A stretch of 63,452 nucleotides of DNA from Gammaproteobacteria bacterium (GTDB lineage Bacteria; Pseudomonadota; Gammaproteobacteria; UWMA-0217), in the NCBI GenBank assembly GCA_027081275.1, contig JALWKV010000071.1, forward strand, positions 1 to 63,452. The letters are read 5' to 3'. The notes under the pieces were generated by a model, which did not search any database, was not told where the DNA came from, and saw nothing but the letters and a program-made list of their open reading frames with translations. A program made the translations under genes and the position numbers. Shown here piece by piece: positions 49,655 through 61,001 of this stretch. Each line of letters begins with the position of its first letter. Positions within the stretch are counted from its first letter, which is position 1.

Positions 49655-49811
49655 GGGAGACTCGGGAACCGGTAGCGACTGTACTTCGAGCATGGCGCCA
49701 TCCGCATCATTTTTCAACACGCCGGCCGTTCCGGGTCACTCCGGAAAAAGTCGCTTGATCGGTGCAACTCGCTGATCCACTATTCACTCAGGTCCGCAAA
49801 GTCACTGCAAG

Positions 49812-50360
49812 ATGAAACACCTCCCAGCACCCTTTCGCAGCCCTGCCCTTCTGCTGCTGGCGATACTGCCCGTCGCCTTTTCCGCCGCGCAGGCCGCCGG
49901 TCGCGATCCGGCGACCCACTTCTTCGACGAGTCGTTCGGCAACCTGCAGGAGGAGTTGGAGACCGCCCGCGAGGAGGGCAAGAAGGGGCTGATGATCTTC
50001 TTCGAGATGGACGACTGCCCCTTCTGCCACCGCATGAAGCGCGAGGTGCTGAACCGGCCCGATGTGCAGGACTACTACCGCAAGCACTTCCGCAACCTCA
50101 GCATCGATATCGAAGGCGATGTCGAGCTGGTGAACTTCAGCGGCGAGCAGACCACGGAGAAGGATTTCGCCACCCGGGAACATCGCGTCCGCGCCACCCC
50201 GGTCATCGTCTTCTTCGATCTCGACGGCAAGCGTGTCGCCCGCTTCATCGGCGCCCCCCGAGACGCCAGGGAATTTCTGCTGCTCGGTCGTTACGTCGCC
50301 GAGGGTCACTATCGTGACGGCAGTTTCACACGCTTCAAGCGCGCCCAGCGCAAGCGCTGA
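49812..50360 (+). CDS. periplasmic thioredoxin-fold protein (SoxW-like)
   Basis: Signal peptide, FFEMDDCPFCHRM, VRATP.IVFFD. Confidence 0.8.
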   Translation: MKHLPAPFRSPALLLLAILPVAFSAAQAAGRDPATHFFDESFGNLQEELETAREEGKKGLMIFFEMDDCPFCHRMKREVLNRPDVQDYYRKHFRNLSIDIEGDVELVNFSGEQTTEKDFATREHRVRATPVIVFFDLDGKRVARFIGAPRDAREFLLLGRYVAEGHYRDGSFTRFKRAQRKR

Positions 50361-50366
50361 CCAGCC

Positions 50367-51689
50367 TTGATCCGGCTTCTCCTGCCAGCCCTGCTCCTGC
50401 TTGCGCCATTGCACGGCCTTGCGGCCGAGCCGGAGCCGCTGCCCGAGCCGCTGACGCTCGATGCGGCGCTCGCCGCCATCGACGACCGGCACCCCCTGAT
50501 CGGCGCCGCCAGCGCCGGCGCCGATGCGCTGCGGGCGGCGCTGGAGAAAGCGCGAGCGGACGACGACGCCAGCATCGATCTGGCGCTGGAACTGCACCGC
50601 ATCGAACCCCTCGACGACTCACCCTATGACGGACGGGACGATTCCCGGGCCTCCGTGACGCTGTACAAGCGGCTCTACGACTTCGGCCGGACCCGCCATC
50701 GCATCGAGGCCGCGTCCAAGGCCGCCTCGGCCGGGGAAAGCATCACGGCGCTGGCCCGGCTGCGGCTGCGCCAGCAGGTGTTGCGCGACTACTTCGACGT
50801 GCTGCTGGCCGATCTGGCCGCCGCGACAGCCAACGAGGCCATGTCGGTCGCCTACGTCCGGCTCGACCGCGCCCGCGATCAGCATAAGCTGGGCCGCATC
50901 TCCGAAGTCGAGCTGCTGGAGCTGGAAGACCGCTACCAGAAAAACTTTCTCGCGCGCCAGCGGGCCGAGGTCGCGCAACGCCAGACGCGCGAACGGCTCG
51001 CGCTGACGCTGAACCACCCCGGCCAGCCGCCGGCGACACTGGAACCGCCTGAGCTTCCCGGCCTCGACAAGCCATTGCCGGACTACGACGCACTGCTGGC
51101 CACAACGCTGCACAGCAGCCCGGAGCTTCGGGCGATCGACGCGCGGCTTCGCGCCATCGACGAACGCCGCAAGGCGATCCGCGCCCAGCGCCGCCCCGAA
51201 CTCTATCTGCAACTGGAAGCGCAGGAGTATCGTCAGGACTTCGGCAGCCGCACGCCGTTCCGCGGCACGCTCGGCCTCGAGGTACCGCTCTATCAGGGCG
51301 GCCGGGTCGATGCCGGGCTCGGCGCGCTGGAGGCCGAGCGGCAGCAGCGCCGCGCCGAGCGCGTCGAGACCGAATATCGCATCCGTGAAACGCTGCTGCA
51401 GACGCTGCAACAGATCGAGACACTGCGCCTGCAGATGAAGCAGGCGGCGGTGCGGGAGGATTACCGCGAACTCTATCTCGACCGCAGTCGCGCCCAATAC
51501 GAGCTCGAGATTCGCACCGATCTCGGCGACGCCATGGTCGAGCAGAGCACGGCGCGCCGTTTCGCGGAGCAGACCCGCTTCGATCTGGCGCTGGCGCTGG
51601 AGCAACTGGTCGTGCTGACCGGCGATCCGGCCTGGAGCGCCCTCACCCCATCGGGCAATGAGACCTCACCCAGCGAGACCACGCCATGA
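50367..51689 (+). CDS. TolC family outer membrane protein
   Basis: PLTLDAAL, LYDFG, VPLYQGG, helical repeats. Confidence 0.88.
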   Translation: MIRLLLPALLLLAPLHGLAAEPEPLPEPLTLDAALAAIDDRHPLIGAASAGADALRAALEKARADDDASIDLALELHRIEPLDDSPYDGRDDSRASVTLYKRLYDFGRTRHRIEAASKAASAGESITALARLRLRQQVLRDYFDVLLADLAAATANEAMSVAYVRLDRARDQHKLGRISEVELLELEDRYQKNFLARQRAEVAQRQTRERLALTLNHPGQPPATLEPPELPGLDKPLPDYDALLATTLHSSPELRAIDARLRAIDERRKAIRAQRRPELYLQLEAQEYRQDFGSRTPFRGTLGLEVPLYQGGRVDAGLGALEAERQQRRAERVETEYRIRETLLQTLQQIETLRLQMKQAAVREDYRELYLDRSRAQYELEIRTDLGDAMVEQSTARRFAEQTRFDLALALEQLVVLTGDPAWSALTPSGNETSPSETTP

Positions 51690-52432
51690 CACGCACGCTT
51701 CTTTCCCTGACGATCCTGCTTCTCTTCACGGCCGGCGCAATCGCCGAGGAGTTGCCGGCCACGGTACGCTGGGCCGAGACCAGCACACTGTCGACACCGC
51801 TCGGTGGACGCATCGGCGCCATCCGCGTCGACGTGGGCGACAGGGTGAAGAAGAATGCGCTGCTCGCCGCGCTCGACGCCCGGCCCTTCCAGGCCGAGAT
51901 CCGGCGCGCCGAAGCCGAACTCGCCCGCCTCGAGGGCGCATTGAGAATCGCCGAGCGCGAACGGCGCCATGCTGAGGAGCTCTACGACCGCACCGTGCTG
52001 CCGACCACGGCGCTCGAGGATGCACAGGTCAGGCAGGAGACCGCCGCCGCCGCGGTGGCACGGGCCAGGGCCGAGCTGGAGCTGGCCCGTCTCGACCTGG
52101 AATACAGCCAGCTCCGCGCGCCCTTCGCCGGCATCATCACCGCACGCCATATCCATCCCGGCGAGGTGGTCAGCAATCGCTGCGAGATCACGCCCATGCT
52201 GGAGATCGCCCGCGGCGACGCATTGCTGGCCGTGGCCCGTATTACGCCACAGCAGGCGCACAGACTGCGCCGCGGCGATCGTATCGCCATCGTCGTTGCG
52301 GGCCGCTCGTACGAGGGAAAGGTGGAGCGCATCACGGCGATCGAAGGCAATCCCTCACTGCTGGAACTGCGCGTCGCCTTTGCGGCGGAAGAGGTCAGCG
52401 CCGGCGAGAAGGCGACAATCGGGCTACCTTGA
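51686..52432 (+). CDS. efflux periplasmic adaptor (MFP)
   Basis: Lipoyl halves V.VGDRVKK and LRAPFAGII around a coiled hairpin. Confidence 0.88.
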   Translation: MTRTLLSLTILLLFTAGAIAEELPATVRWAETSTLSTPLGGRIGAIRVDVGDRVKKNALLAALDARPFQAEIRRAEAELARLEGALRIAERERRHAEELYDRTVLPTTALEDAQVRQETAAAAVARARAELELARLDLEYSQLRAPFAGIITARHIHPGEVVSNRCEITPMLEIARGDALLAVARITPQQAHRLRRGDRIAIVVAGRSYEGKVERITAIEGNPSLLELRVAFAAEEVSAGEKATIGLP

Positions 52433-53429
52433 ACATTGGCCGTTCGGCCCCGTCGGCCAGCCGAAAACCCTTGACGAACACGCTGTTGGCAAAGAAGTCA
52501 CGAAGGTAGTACGGCGGATCCAGATCCGGCTTGTTCTGAATACGGCGGCGCAGGCGCCACAGAACGAATCCGACCATATGTGCGGTATCCGCCAGCAGCG
52601 TTCTGAACGGGCCATAATTCTTGAGAAAGAAGCGGCGGCGGGATTCGAACCAGTAACGGGCGCGGCGCGGCTTGGCCACTTCGTGCATCGTCAGGCCGGT
52701 GGCCGCCCCCTCCAGATGCAGGATCCGGCTCGCCGGCACATACCACAGCTCCCAGCCTGCACGCGCCGCCGCCAGACAGAAATCGGTCTCCTCGAAATAG
52801 AGGAAGTAACCCTCATCCATCAGGCCGACATCATCGAAGACCTCGCGCCGGATCATCAGCGACGAACCGGACAGCCAGACTGCCTTGAGCGGCTCGTCAC
52901 CGGTGGGGATGACAAGCAACGATGGCGCCAGCAACCGTTCCAGCATCCCGAGCTGAAACTGGCCGAGAAACTCGTTGAGCGGCGTGAAATGGCGGTAGGC
53001 GGCAGTCTTGCTCTGCCCGTCGACACCGAACGATCGCCCCGTGGCCAGGCCGACGCGGGGATGCGCCTGCATGAAGCGCACAAGCTCGATCCCGGCGCCG
53101 GGCTCGGCTTCGGCATCGGGGTTGAGCAGCCAGATGAAATCGGGCTGCTTCTCGCGAGATCGCGCAAGCGCGGCGCGGATGGCCATATTGTTGCCATAGG
53201 CAAAGCCGCCATTGCGCTCAGCGGCGATCACTTCGACCCAGTCGGACCAGCCACCCTGCTCGACGGCCGCTCGGATCATCATCACCGAATCGTCGCCGGA
53301 ATCGTTGTCGACGACGCACATGGTCAGCCCCGGCGTGTTCAGCTCACGCTCGCGGGCGACCGATTCGATGCACTTGATGGTCAGTTCAGGAGTCTTGTAG
53401 TTGACCGTGACGGTCAGTATTCGTTCCAT
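52395..53429 (-). CDS. GT2 glycosyltransferase
   Basis: VNYKT, VVDNDS.D, NGGFAYGNN, LLNPD, FLYFEETD. Confidence 0.93.
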   Translation of the reverse strand: MERILTVTVNYKTPELTIKCIESVARERELNTPGLTMCVVDNDSGDDSVMMIRAAVEQGGWSDWVEVIAAERNGGFAYGNNMAIRAALARSREKQPDFIWLLNPDAEAEPGAGIELVRFMQAHPRVGLATGRSFGVDGQSKTAAYRHFTPLNEFLGQFQLGMLERLLAPSLLVIPTGDEPLKAVWLSGSSLMIRREVFDDVGLMDEGYFLYFEETDFCLAAARAGWELWYVPASRILHLEGAATGLTMHEVAKPRRARYWFESRRRFFLKNYGPFRTLLADTAHMVGFVLWRLRRRIQNKPDLDPPYYLRDFFANSVFVKGFRLADGAERPMFKVARLSPSRRR

Positions 53430-53611
53430 GCGATCTATCGAAGATTGGCCAGGACAGCCCCATCATATGCGGATTTGGACCCGTGCGCCTGTGGCGACAT
53501 CTATTCGCCCAGGCGCCACACAATTCGAGCGCAATAACTGTGACCGGATAAACATTGTTTGCAACCACTCAGCGCGGCAGCGGGCTGGGGCGCTGGGTAG
53601 TTACACATTTT

Positions 53612-54052
53612 TCAGACAGGATTGCCCCGGCACTGTTTCAACTCATCGACCAGCCAGGCGCCGGTGGTTTCGGCATCGGCCCAGCCAGTATAGAGATAGC
53701 CGCAGTAGAAAAAGGCGGGAATCGCGACATGGGTCTCGCCGATGGCCTCGGCCATGTTGTACATCGCGATGAGGTTGCGGCGGCTGTCGTTGATCTCGCG
53801 CATATGGACCTTGATCCACGGGTTTTCCCGCGCCATCTGCTTGATGAAGGGCATGGCCTCGTGGCAGTGGGGACAGGTCTTGCCCCAGTACATGTAGAGG
53901 TGGACGATCACCCGACCGTAGCGATCCTTCGACGTCCAGACGATATCCATCGAACTGGCGCTACTGGTATCGACGACCCGGATCTTGCTGATGGCCGATT
54001 GGGGCATCAACACGATAAACAACGCAACGAGCAAACTTCCGAACAATTTCAT
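53612..54052 (-). CDS. exported thioredoxin/glutaredoxin-like protein
   Basis: Signal peptide, YWGKTCPHC, AIPAF. Confidence 0.75.
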   Translation of the reverse strand: MKLFGSLLVALFIVLMPQSAISKIRVVDTSSASSMDIVWTSKDRYGRVIVHLYMYWGKTCPHCHEAMPFIKQMARENPWIKVHMREINDSRRNLIAMYNMAEAIGETHVAIPAFFYCGYLYTGWADAETTGAWLVDELKQCRGNPV

Positions 54053-54403
54053 GACTCTCTACTCACAATCCGTGGCGCATGCACCGGAAGATGAGCTTCT
54101 TCCCGCGACATGGCCTGTGACTGGCCAAGCTGAAAACACCGCTTTTCAACCAATTACATCAAGTATATAACATACAACTTTAATTGCCAGCCGATGAATG
54201 ACGGATTAACAGCCTTTTCGTGTCCGCTCCAGGAAAGTATCAAGCAAGGCGAAAGCCGGCGAAAAAGCGCGGATTGGGCGCAACAAACGGGCTTCTCAAG
54301 CCATCTTTTTGGCGCCGCAGCACACCGGTGAGCAGTCATTCGACAGCCTATTACCAAATGGTAATCTTTTAGCCTTGGCCGTAATCTGCTTCAAATCGGG
54401 CCG

Positions 54404-56500
54404 TCAGGTGAAAGGGTGTCCGGTCTTCTGGTCTGCAGCAGCGATGCCTCCCACTTGCCCCAGCGCCTCGCTGAAGGCCGCAACATCGGTCAGCGGTTGC
54501 TCGCACTGTAGGCCCTCGCAGACATAGGCGACAGGGCCTTCATCACGCCTCTCCTTAATCGATATGGCCGGCGGCAGCGGCTCCGCGCCATCCGCTATCA
54601 CGAAGCCGAGCAGGGACGGGTCGGTGCTCGCCCGCAGCAGGTCGGCCCACTCCTCCAGTGCCTCTCCATCTCCCCGGACGACGACGATGCGCGGTGGCGC
54701 CAACTGCTCCTCCAGCGCCGTCAGCATGCCGCAGTGCGCGATCGGCGCGCGGGCGATGAAGCCCGACGCGGCCGCGAGACAACGCTCGGCGGCTTCCAGG
54801 TAGCGCCGCTTGCCGAGCAGATAGCCGAGCCGATTGAGCGCCCGCGCCGCAACCGCATTGCCCGCCGGCAGCGCCTCGTCACCGAAGGGCCGCGGCCGCA
54901 CCAACAGCTTTTCATGGTCGTCTGCGGTGAAGAAGAAGCCCCCTTCGGCATCCTCGAAATGGGTCAGCAGCAGCTCCGCCAGCGTTTCGGCAAAGGTCAG
55001 CAGCTCTGCGCTCCAGCGCTCCTGCAATATCTCCAGCACCGCATCGAGCAGAAAGGCGTGGTCATCGAGATAGGCGGCGAGGTGGGCACGGCCATCTTTC
55101 GTCGTGGCCAGCAGGCGGCCATCACACCACAGTTCGCGCCGGACGAACTCCAGCGCCCGCGCCGCCGAATCGATGAAGTCCGCCCGATCGAGCAGGCGAC
55201 CGGCGATGACCATGCCGCGAATCATCAGCGCATTGAGCGCGGTCAGCATCTTCTCGTCCCGGCCGGGCCTTTCCCGCCGCTCGCGCGCGGCCAGCAGCTT
55301 GCGGCGGGCGTTGTCGACGATCCGCCTGATGTCGTTCTCGGGGCGGGAAAAACGCTTCTCCAGCGCCTCGTACTCCATGTAGACATGGGGCAGCCAGCGC
55401 CCCTCGAAGTTGGGCGGGTGATCGAGACCGAAACGGTGCGCAAAGAAGAGGTACTCCTCTTCATCGAGCAGCGACCGCACCTCATCCGGCGTCCAGAGGT
55501 AGAAGCGTCCCTCCTCCCCCTCGCTGTCGGCATCGAGCGATGTGTAGTAGCCCCCTTGCGGCGACTGCATCTCGCGCATGACCCACTGCGCGGTTTCGGT
55601 GGCGATGCGGCGGAACAGGCTGCTGCCGGTGGCGACGCCGGCGCGCGCATAGATCGGCAGCAGCTGGGCATTGTCGTAGAGCATCTTCTCAAAGTGGGGG
55701 ATCATCCAGTGCTCGTCCACGGAATAGCGACAGAAGCCGCCGCCGACCTGATCGTAAATTCCGCCCAGCGCCATCCGCTTGAGGGTGTAAGCCAGCATCT
55801 CCAGCGCGCGCAGGTCGGGCTGCTTCCCCCGGCGGGAACGCAGCCAGCGGCGCAACAGGAACTCCAGCGTAGCGGGGTGGGGAAACTTCGGCGCCTGACC
55901 GAATCCGCCGTTGTTGACGTCATAGCGCTCCGACAGCGCGTCGCGAGCCGATTCCAGCGCCTTCGGCCCCAGCGCCACCGTCGGCTGGCGCTGGCCGAAG
56001 GCGGCATCGAGCGCCTGCTTCAGCGACGCACCCTGCCGGCGCACCTCGCCCTGGCGCTCGCGGTAGAGCTCGGCGACGCCAACCAGCAGGTCGCGAAAGC
56101 CCGGCAGGCCATGGCGCGGCTCCGGCGGGAAGTAGGTGCCAGCGTAGAAGGGGACGAGGTCATCGGGCGTCAGGAACACTGTCAGCGGCCAGCCGCCGTT
56201 GCGCTGCGTCAGCAGATAGTGGGCCGTCTGGTAGATGCGGTCGAGATCGGGCCGCTCCTCGCGATCGACCTTGATATTGACGAAATGCCGGTTCATCAGC
56301 GCCGCCGTGGCCTCGTCCTCGAACGACTCGTGCGCCATGACATGACACCAGTGGCAGGCCGAGTAGCCGATCGAGAGCAGGATCGGCCTGTCCTGCTCGC
56401 GCGCCAGCGCCAGCGCCGGTTCGCCCCAGGGATACCACTCGACGGGATTGTCGGCGTGTTGCAGGAGGTAGGTGGAGGTTTCATTGGCAAGGTGGTTCAT
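54404..56500 (-). CDS. YyaL/SSP411 family thioredoxin-domain protein
   Basis: [44 protein letters not shown]. Confidence 0.95.
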   Translation of the reverse strand: MNHLANETSTYLLQHADNPVEWYPWGEPALALAREQDRPILLSIGYSACHWCHVMAHESFEDEATAALMNRHFVNIKVDREERPDLDRIYQTAHYLLTQRNGGWPLTVFLTPDDLVPFYAGTYFPPEPRHGLPGFRDLLVGVAELYRERQGEVRRQGASLKQALDAAFGQRQPTVALGPKALESARDALSERYDVNNGGFGQAPKFPHPATLEFLLRRWLRSRRGKQPDLRALEMLAYTLKRMALGGIYDQVGGGFCRYSVDEHWMIPHFEKMLYDNAQLLPIYARAGVATGSSLFRRIATETAQWVMREMQSPQGGYYTSLDADSEGEEGRFYLWTPDEVRSLLDEEEYLFFAHRFGLDHPPNFEGRWLPHVYMEYEALEKRFSRPENDIRRIVDNARRKLLAARERRERPGRDEKMLTALNALMIRGMVIAGRLLDRADFIDSAARALEFVRRELWCDGRLLATTKDGRAHLAAYLDDHAFLLDAVLEILQERWSAELLTFAETLAELLLTHFEDAEGGFFFTADDHEKLLVRPRPFGDEALPAGNAVAARALNRLGYLLGKRRYLEAAERCLAAASGFIARAPIAHCGMLTALEEQLAPPRIVVVRGDGEALEEWADLLRASTDPSLLGFVIADGAEPLPPAISIKERRDEGPVAYVCEGLQCEQPLTDVAAFSEALGQVGGIAAADQKTGHPFT

Positions 56501-56883
56501 GGGATCTCCAGCCGTCGCGGGGCCGTAACGGGAACGGGCATTGTTGATGTATGTCGTGGCCAGCGCCAGCCACGGCGATAGAATCGATATCGAACCGGAA
56601 AGTCGACAGAATAGCTATGACAAGCCAATATGCGGGCAGCTGGCTCTACACGGTGAGTCGCCCCGACAGACGACATTCGCCGATGCCCAGCCATCACCCT
56701 AAGGGAACTCTGATCGATGGATCCCTGAATTGTCAAAGGTCGGGACACGAGAAATGCGATTTTCGTTTTTCTCACAGGAGGGTCTGCTTTGATCAGACCC
56801 TCGCCGGTTCACACATTCATCGGATCAATCCTGATACGCTCATGGGAATCCGTCTTACAGATCCATAGAGGCAGGGAAACGAC

Positions 56884-57282
56884 ATGAACAAGACAAGATC
56901 AGGTTACGGCGCCGCTCTGCTCGCCGCCACGTTATGGGCTGGTGGCTGCTCCACCTCGATCGACACCGATATCCAGGGACAGTGGCAGGGTACGGACTCG
57001 GCCGGCCACCGCATCACGCTTCAGTTCAGCAACGAGGATGTCGCGTTGAGCCAGGATGATCGCACGCTGGTCGGCACCTGGACGCTCGACACCGACAAGG
57101 AGCCGGCGCAGCTGACGCTGAAGATGCACACGCCCTCGGGTCACATCCAGACAGTACCGATGATCGCGGAAATGCCGTCGGCCAACAGGCTGCGGCTGCG
57201 TGTCGGCACCGGCCTGAAGTCTCGGCCCATCGCGTTCGAGGAAGGCGCGCCGAACCAGATTCTGCTCAAGCGCGCGCGGTAG
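56884..57282 (+). CDS. hypothetical lipoprotein
   Basis: AGGGA RBS, lipobox AGGC, IQGQW and GTW beta-barrel-like motifs. Confidence 0.75.
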   Translation: MNKTRSGYGAALLAATLWAGGCSTSIDTDIQGQWQGTDSAGHRITLQFSNEDVALSQDDRTLVGTWTLDTDKEPAQLTLKMHTPSGHIQTVPMIAEMPSANRLRLRVGTGLKSRPIAFEEGAPNQILLKRAR

Positions 57283-57298
57283 GGGTGCTCACCGGGCA

Positions 57299-59134
57299 TC
57301 AGCACCGGTAGAGAGCTTCTATCTCGTCGCGAAAACGCTCGGCGATCTTCGGCCGCTTCATCTTCAGCGTCGGCGTCAGCAGGCCATCGTCGACGGTCCA
57401 CGGCTCCAGCATCAGGTGGACGCGGCGGATCTGCGCATAGCCGGGAAAGCTGGCGATCTGATTGCCGATACGCTTAAGCACGGCTTTCTCCACCCGCTTC
57501 TCCCGGAGACTGGCCGGATCGTCGGGATCGATGCCCAGCTGTTGCGCCAGCGCCCGCCACTCCTGCGGCTCCAGCACCGCCAGCGCGGTGAGGTAGGAGC
57601 GGCCCTCGCCGATCACCATGACCTGGTCAATCAGGGGGTCCATGGCGATGGCCATTTCCATGTCGGCCGGCGGCACCTTCTCGCCGTTGCCGAGCACGAT
57701 GATCTCCTTGATCCGGCCGGTGATGAAGTAGTGTCCGGTCTCGTTGACGCGCACCTGATCACCGGTGTGGAGCCAACCGTCCGAGTCGATGGTCTCCTCG
57801 GTGGCCTGCTGGTTGTTCCAGTAACCGAGCATGACGCAGCGGCTGCGGGTCTGGAGCTCGTCGTTCTCGCCGATTCTCACCTCGATCCCGGGCAGGGCCT
57901 GGCCGATGCTCTCGGGAATGTTGTCGTCGGGCCGGTTGACGCAGATGACGGGGCTGGTCTCGGTCATGCCGTAGCCCTGCACCATCGGCAGGCCCAGGCC
58001 GATGAACAGTCTGGCGATCTCGGGCGGCAGCGCCGCGCCGCCGCAGATGGCGTAGCGCAGACGCCCGCCGAGACGCTCCAGAATCTTGTCCGCCACCAGC
58101 CGCTTGTAGAGCGGCCACAGCAGGATCGAGCGGTGGAACCTACCGCGACCCTGCTTGTATTCGAACCGCTTCCAGCCCACCTCCACCGCCTTGTGGAAAA
58201 TCTTCTGCCTGAACGCCGAATCCTTGCGCAACTTGCTCATGATGCGGGCATAGACGCGCTCGTAGATGCGCGGCACGGAGACAAGCGTCGTCGGCTTCTG
58301 GGTGACGAGATCGTCGCCCAGCTGGTTGACGCCGCGTGAATAGACCACCTCGGCACCGACCATCATCGGAAAGTAGAGCCCCGCCATACGCTCCAGCATG
58401 TGCGACAGCGGCAGGAACGAAAGAAACCGGTCTTCCGGCGTGAGGTGGCCACAGTGGGCCGCGCCCCATGCGTTGAAGAGGATGTTGTCATGGCTGAGCA
58501 TGACGCCCTTCGGCTTGCCGGTGGTGCCGGAGGTGTAGACAATCGTCGCCAGCTCCAGCGGATCGCTCTCCTCCGACAGCACCGGGCCTTCGAGGCCGAA
58601 CAGCCATTCGGACAGGCTCTGCAGGTGCTCGTCGTCGGGACGGTCGTCCTTTTCAATGGTGTTGACGCTGACGATACGCTGCAGGTTTCCGAGCCGCGAC
58701 GACACCTGCTGCAACCGCTTCCACTGCTTCTTGCCTTCCACCAGCAGCAGTTTCACGCCGGCATCTTCCATGATGTAGGCGGCGTTTTCGGGGCGGTCAT
58801 CGGTGTACAGCGGCACGACCACCAGCCCCAGGCCGAGCGCGGCGACATCGAAGACGACCCACTCGCGGCAGTTCTTCAGCATGATGGCGACTCGGTCCCC
58901 CTGCTGGAGCCCCTCCTTCTTCAACGCCGCCTGCCAGCGCCCCACTTCGATCGCCATCTCCTCCCAGGTGGTGGCGTGCCAGCACTTGCCGGCGACATCG
59001 AAATGGCGATAGGCCACTTTCTCCGGCGTCGCGGCGACGCGCGCGCGAAAGAGACCCGGCAGGGTGCGGACATCGTCGGGGCGCAAGGTGCTGCTCGGCA
59101 CCGGATATTCGATCGGTCGGTCTGTCTTTCTCAT
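57299..59134 (-). CDS. long-chain fatty acid-CoA ligase (AMP-binding)
   Basis: YTSGTTGKPKG, QGYGMTE, WLHTGD, LTPTLK. Confidence 0.93.
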   Translation of the reverse strand: MRKTDRPIEYPVPSSTLRPDDVRTLPGLFRARVAATPEKVAYRHFDVAGKCWHATTWEEMAIEVGRWQAALKKEGLQQGDRVAIMLKNCREWVVFDVAALGLGLVVVPLYTDDRPENAAYIMEDAGVKLLLVEGKKQWKRLQQVSSRLGNLQRIVSVNTIEKDDRPDDEHLQSLSEWLFGLEGPVLSEESDPLELATIVYTSGTTGKPKGVMLSHDNILFNAWGAAHCGHLTPEDRFLSFLPLSHMLERMAGLYFPMMVGAEVVYSRGVNQLGDDLVTQKPTTLVSVPRIYERVYARIMSKLRKDSAFRQKIFHKAVEVGWKRFEYKQGRGRFHRSILLWPLYKRLVADKILERLGGRLRYAICGGAALPPEIARLFIGLGLPMVQGYGMTETSPVICVNRPDDNIPESIGQALPGIEVRIGENDELQTRSRCVMLGYWNNQQATEETIDSDGWLHTGDQVRVNETGHYFITGRIKEIIVLGNGEKVPPADMEMAIAMDPLIDQVMVIGEGRSYLTALAVLEPQEWRALAQQLGIDPDDPASLREKRVEKAVLKRIGNQIASFPGYAQIRRVHLMLEPWTVDDGLLTPTLKMKRPKIAERFRDEIEALYRC

Positions 59135-59139
59135 TGACT

Positions 59140-59661
59140 TCAATCCAGAAGAGAGGCAAGCCAGAGGCGCAGCCGCAACCCCCAACTCGTGGTGTAGCCG
59201 GTTTCACGGAAACGGATGTTGCCGGCACCATCGATGACAAACGAGGCGGGAACGGCCTTGACGCCGAAGCGCGTCGCGATCGAGCCGGTCTGGTCGACCA
59301 CCGTCGGCCAGTCGAGTCCATGCGCTCGCAGATAGTCCTCGACCGCCAGGCGATCGCCGGACTGCATCGCCACCGTCACCACCGGCCAATGCCCGGCAAC
59401 AGCGCTGATGGCGCCCTGCTCCGCCTCGCAGATGGCGCACCACTCGGCCCAGAAATGGAGCAGCCAGGTCTTGCCGCGATAGTCGTGGGTGGAAAAAGCA
59501 TCGCCACTGACCAGATGCGTGGTCAGCTCGGGAACAGGCCCCGAGACCATGTCGCGCTGCATCCAGGCGCGCAGGCCGAGGTAGAGCAGCAGCAGGACCA
59601 GCGCCTGGATCGACAGTACAAGCCAGCGCCGACGAGCGCTGCCGGGTCGGCGTAACAGCAT
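59140..59661 (-). CDS. membrane-anchored protein disulfide oxidoreductase (TlpA/redoxin-like)
   Basis: TM anchor, [14 protein letters not shown], ends GLRLRLW. Confidence 0.88.
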   Translation of the reverse strand: MLLRRPGSARRRWLVLSIQALVLLLLYLGLRAWMQRDMVSGPVPELTTHLVSGDAFSTHDYRGKTWLLHFWAEWCAICEAEQGAISAVAGHWPVVTVAMQSGDRLAVEDYLRAHGLDWPTVVDQTGSIATRFGVKAVPASFVIDGAGNIRFRETGYTTSWGLRLRLWLASLLD

Positions 59662-59808
59662 GGCGTTCCCCGTGTTGGAATCAGAGCAGAGTCTAGCATC
59701 GAAGGGGCTTGGCGGCATGCGGCCCCTGCCCGGGAAGCCCCCCTCTCGCTTGAATTTCGTCTGCGCCGCAGTCATAGTGAAAACCGGTTTCCACTGGATT
59801 TCCGCCCG

Positions 59809-60876
59809 ATGTCTGCAGAACTCAAGATCGCGCCTGTCTCCATCCCGCTGGGAGAGATCCCGACCACCGCCTCGATCACCGCATCGACCCCCGAGCACAG
59901 CGCCAGTGAAAAGCGGGCCATCATCGCCGAGATCAAAGCCGAGCTGAAACGGCAGGACGCGGTGCTGGTGGCGCACTACTACACCAACCCGGATATCCAG
60001 CGCGTCGCCGAGGAGACCGGCGGTTACATCTCCGACTCCCTCGACATGGCCCGCTTCGGCAACGAGCACCCGGCCACGACACTGGTCGTCGCCGGCGTCC
60101 GCTTCATGGGCGAGACCGCCAAGATTCTCAACCCCGAAAAACGGGTGCTGATGCCCGAGCTGAAGGCGGAATGCTCGCTCGATCTGGGGTGTCCGGCGGA
60201 AGAGTTCTCAGCGTTCTGCGACGCCAACCCCGACCGCACGATCGTTGTCTACGCCAACACCAGCGCCGAGGTGAAGGCGCGCGCCGACTATGTCGCCACC
60301 TCCAGCATCGCGGTCAAGCTGGTCGACCACCTCGCCGGCGAGGGACACAAGATCCTCTGGGCGCCCGACAAGCATCTCGGCAGCTATATCCAGAAAGTGA
60401 CCGACGCCGACATGCTGCTATGGAACGGCTCCTGCATCGTCCATGACGAGTTCAAGTCGCGCGCGCTCGGCAACCTGCTCCAGCAATACCCTGACGCCGC
60501 GGTGCTCGTGCATCCGGAGTCGCCCGACGCCATGCTGGCGCTGGCAACTGTGATCGGTTCCACAACTCAGCTCATCAAGGCCGCACAAACCCTCCCCAAC
60601 AAGCATCTCATCGTTGCCACCGACAACGGCATCTTCTATAAGATGCAAAAGGCAGCTCCCGACAAGATCCTGATCGAGGCGCCAACGGGCGGCGCCGGCG
60701 CCACTTGCCGCAGCTGCGCGCACTGCCCGTGGATGGCCATGAACAGCCTCGACAATCTGCTCTCGACACTGAAAAAGGGCAATAACGAAATCCATGTCGA
60801 CGAGGCGGTTCGCGTCAAGGCATTGAAATCGACCCAGCGCATGCTCGATTTCGCCAGGACACTCGAACAGGAGTAA
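59809..60876 (+). CDS. nadA: quinolinate synthase
   Basis: [38 protein letters not shown]. Confidence 0.97.
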   Translation: MSAELKIAPVSIPLGEIPTTASITASTPEHSASEKRAIIAEIKAELKRQDAVLVAHYYTNPDIQRVAEETGGYISDSLDMARFGNEHPATTLVVAGVRFMGETAKILNPEKRVLMPELKAECSLDLGCPAEEFSAFCDANPDRTIVVYANTSAEVKARADYVATSSIAVKLVDHLAGEGHKILWAPDKHLGSYIQKVTDADMLLWNGSCIVHDEFKSRALGNLLQQYPDAAVLVHPESPDAMLALATVIGSTTQLIKAAQTLPNKHLIVATDNGIFYKMQKAAPDKILIEAPTGGAGATCRSCAHCPWMAMNSLDNLLSTLKKGNNEIHVDEAVRVKALKSTQRMLDFARTLEQE

Positions 60877-61001
60877 CGGGCTATAACAGCACTCTACGGA
60901 AAGAGTGGGGGAGGTCGGCGAACCAGTGCCATCGGTTCACCGGAAATCACCCGGCAACGCGGCCTGTCGCGGGCCGGGACAAACAGCAACGGATTGAAGC
61001 A

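Noticed and set aside
54053-56883. Lower-GC gaps at 54053-54403 and 56501-56883 as possible islands or ncRNAs
   Set aside because: No repeats, strong hairpin series or credible ORFs seen; consistent with ordinary promoter regions.
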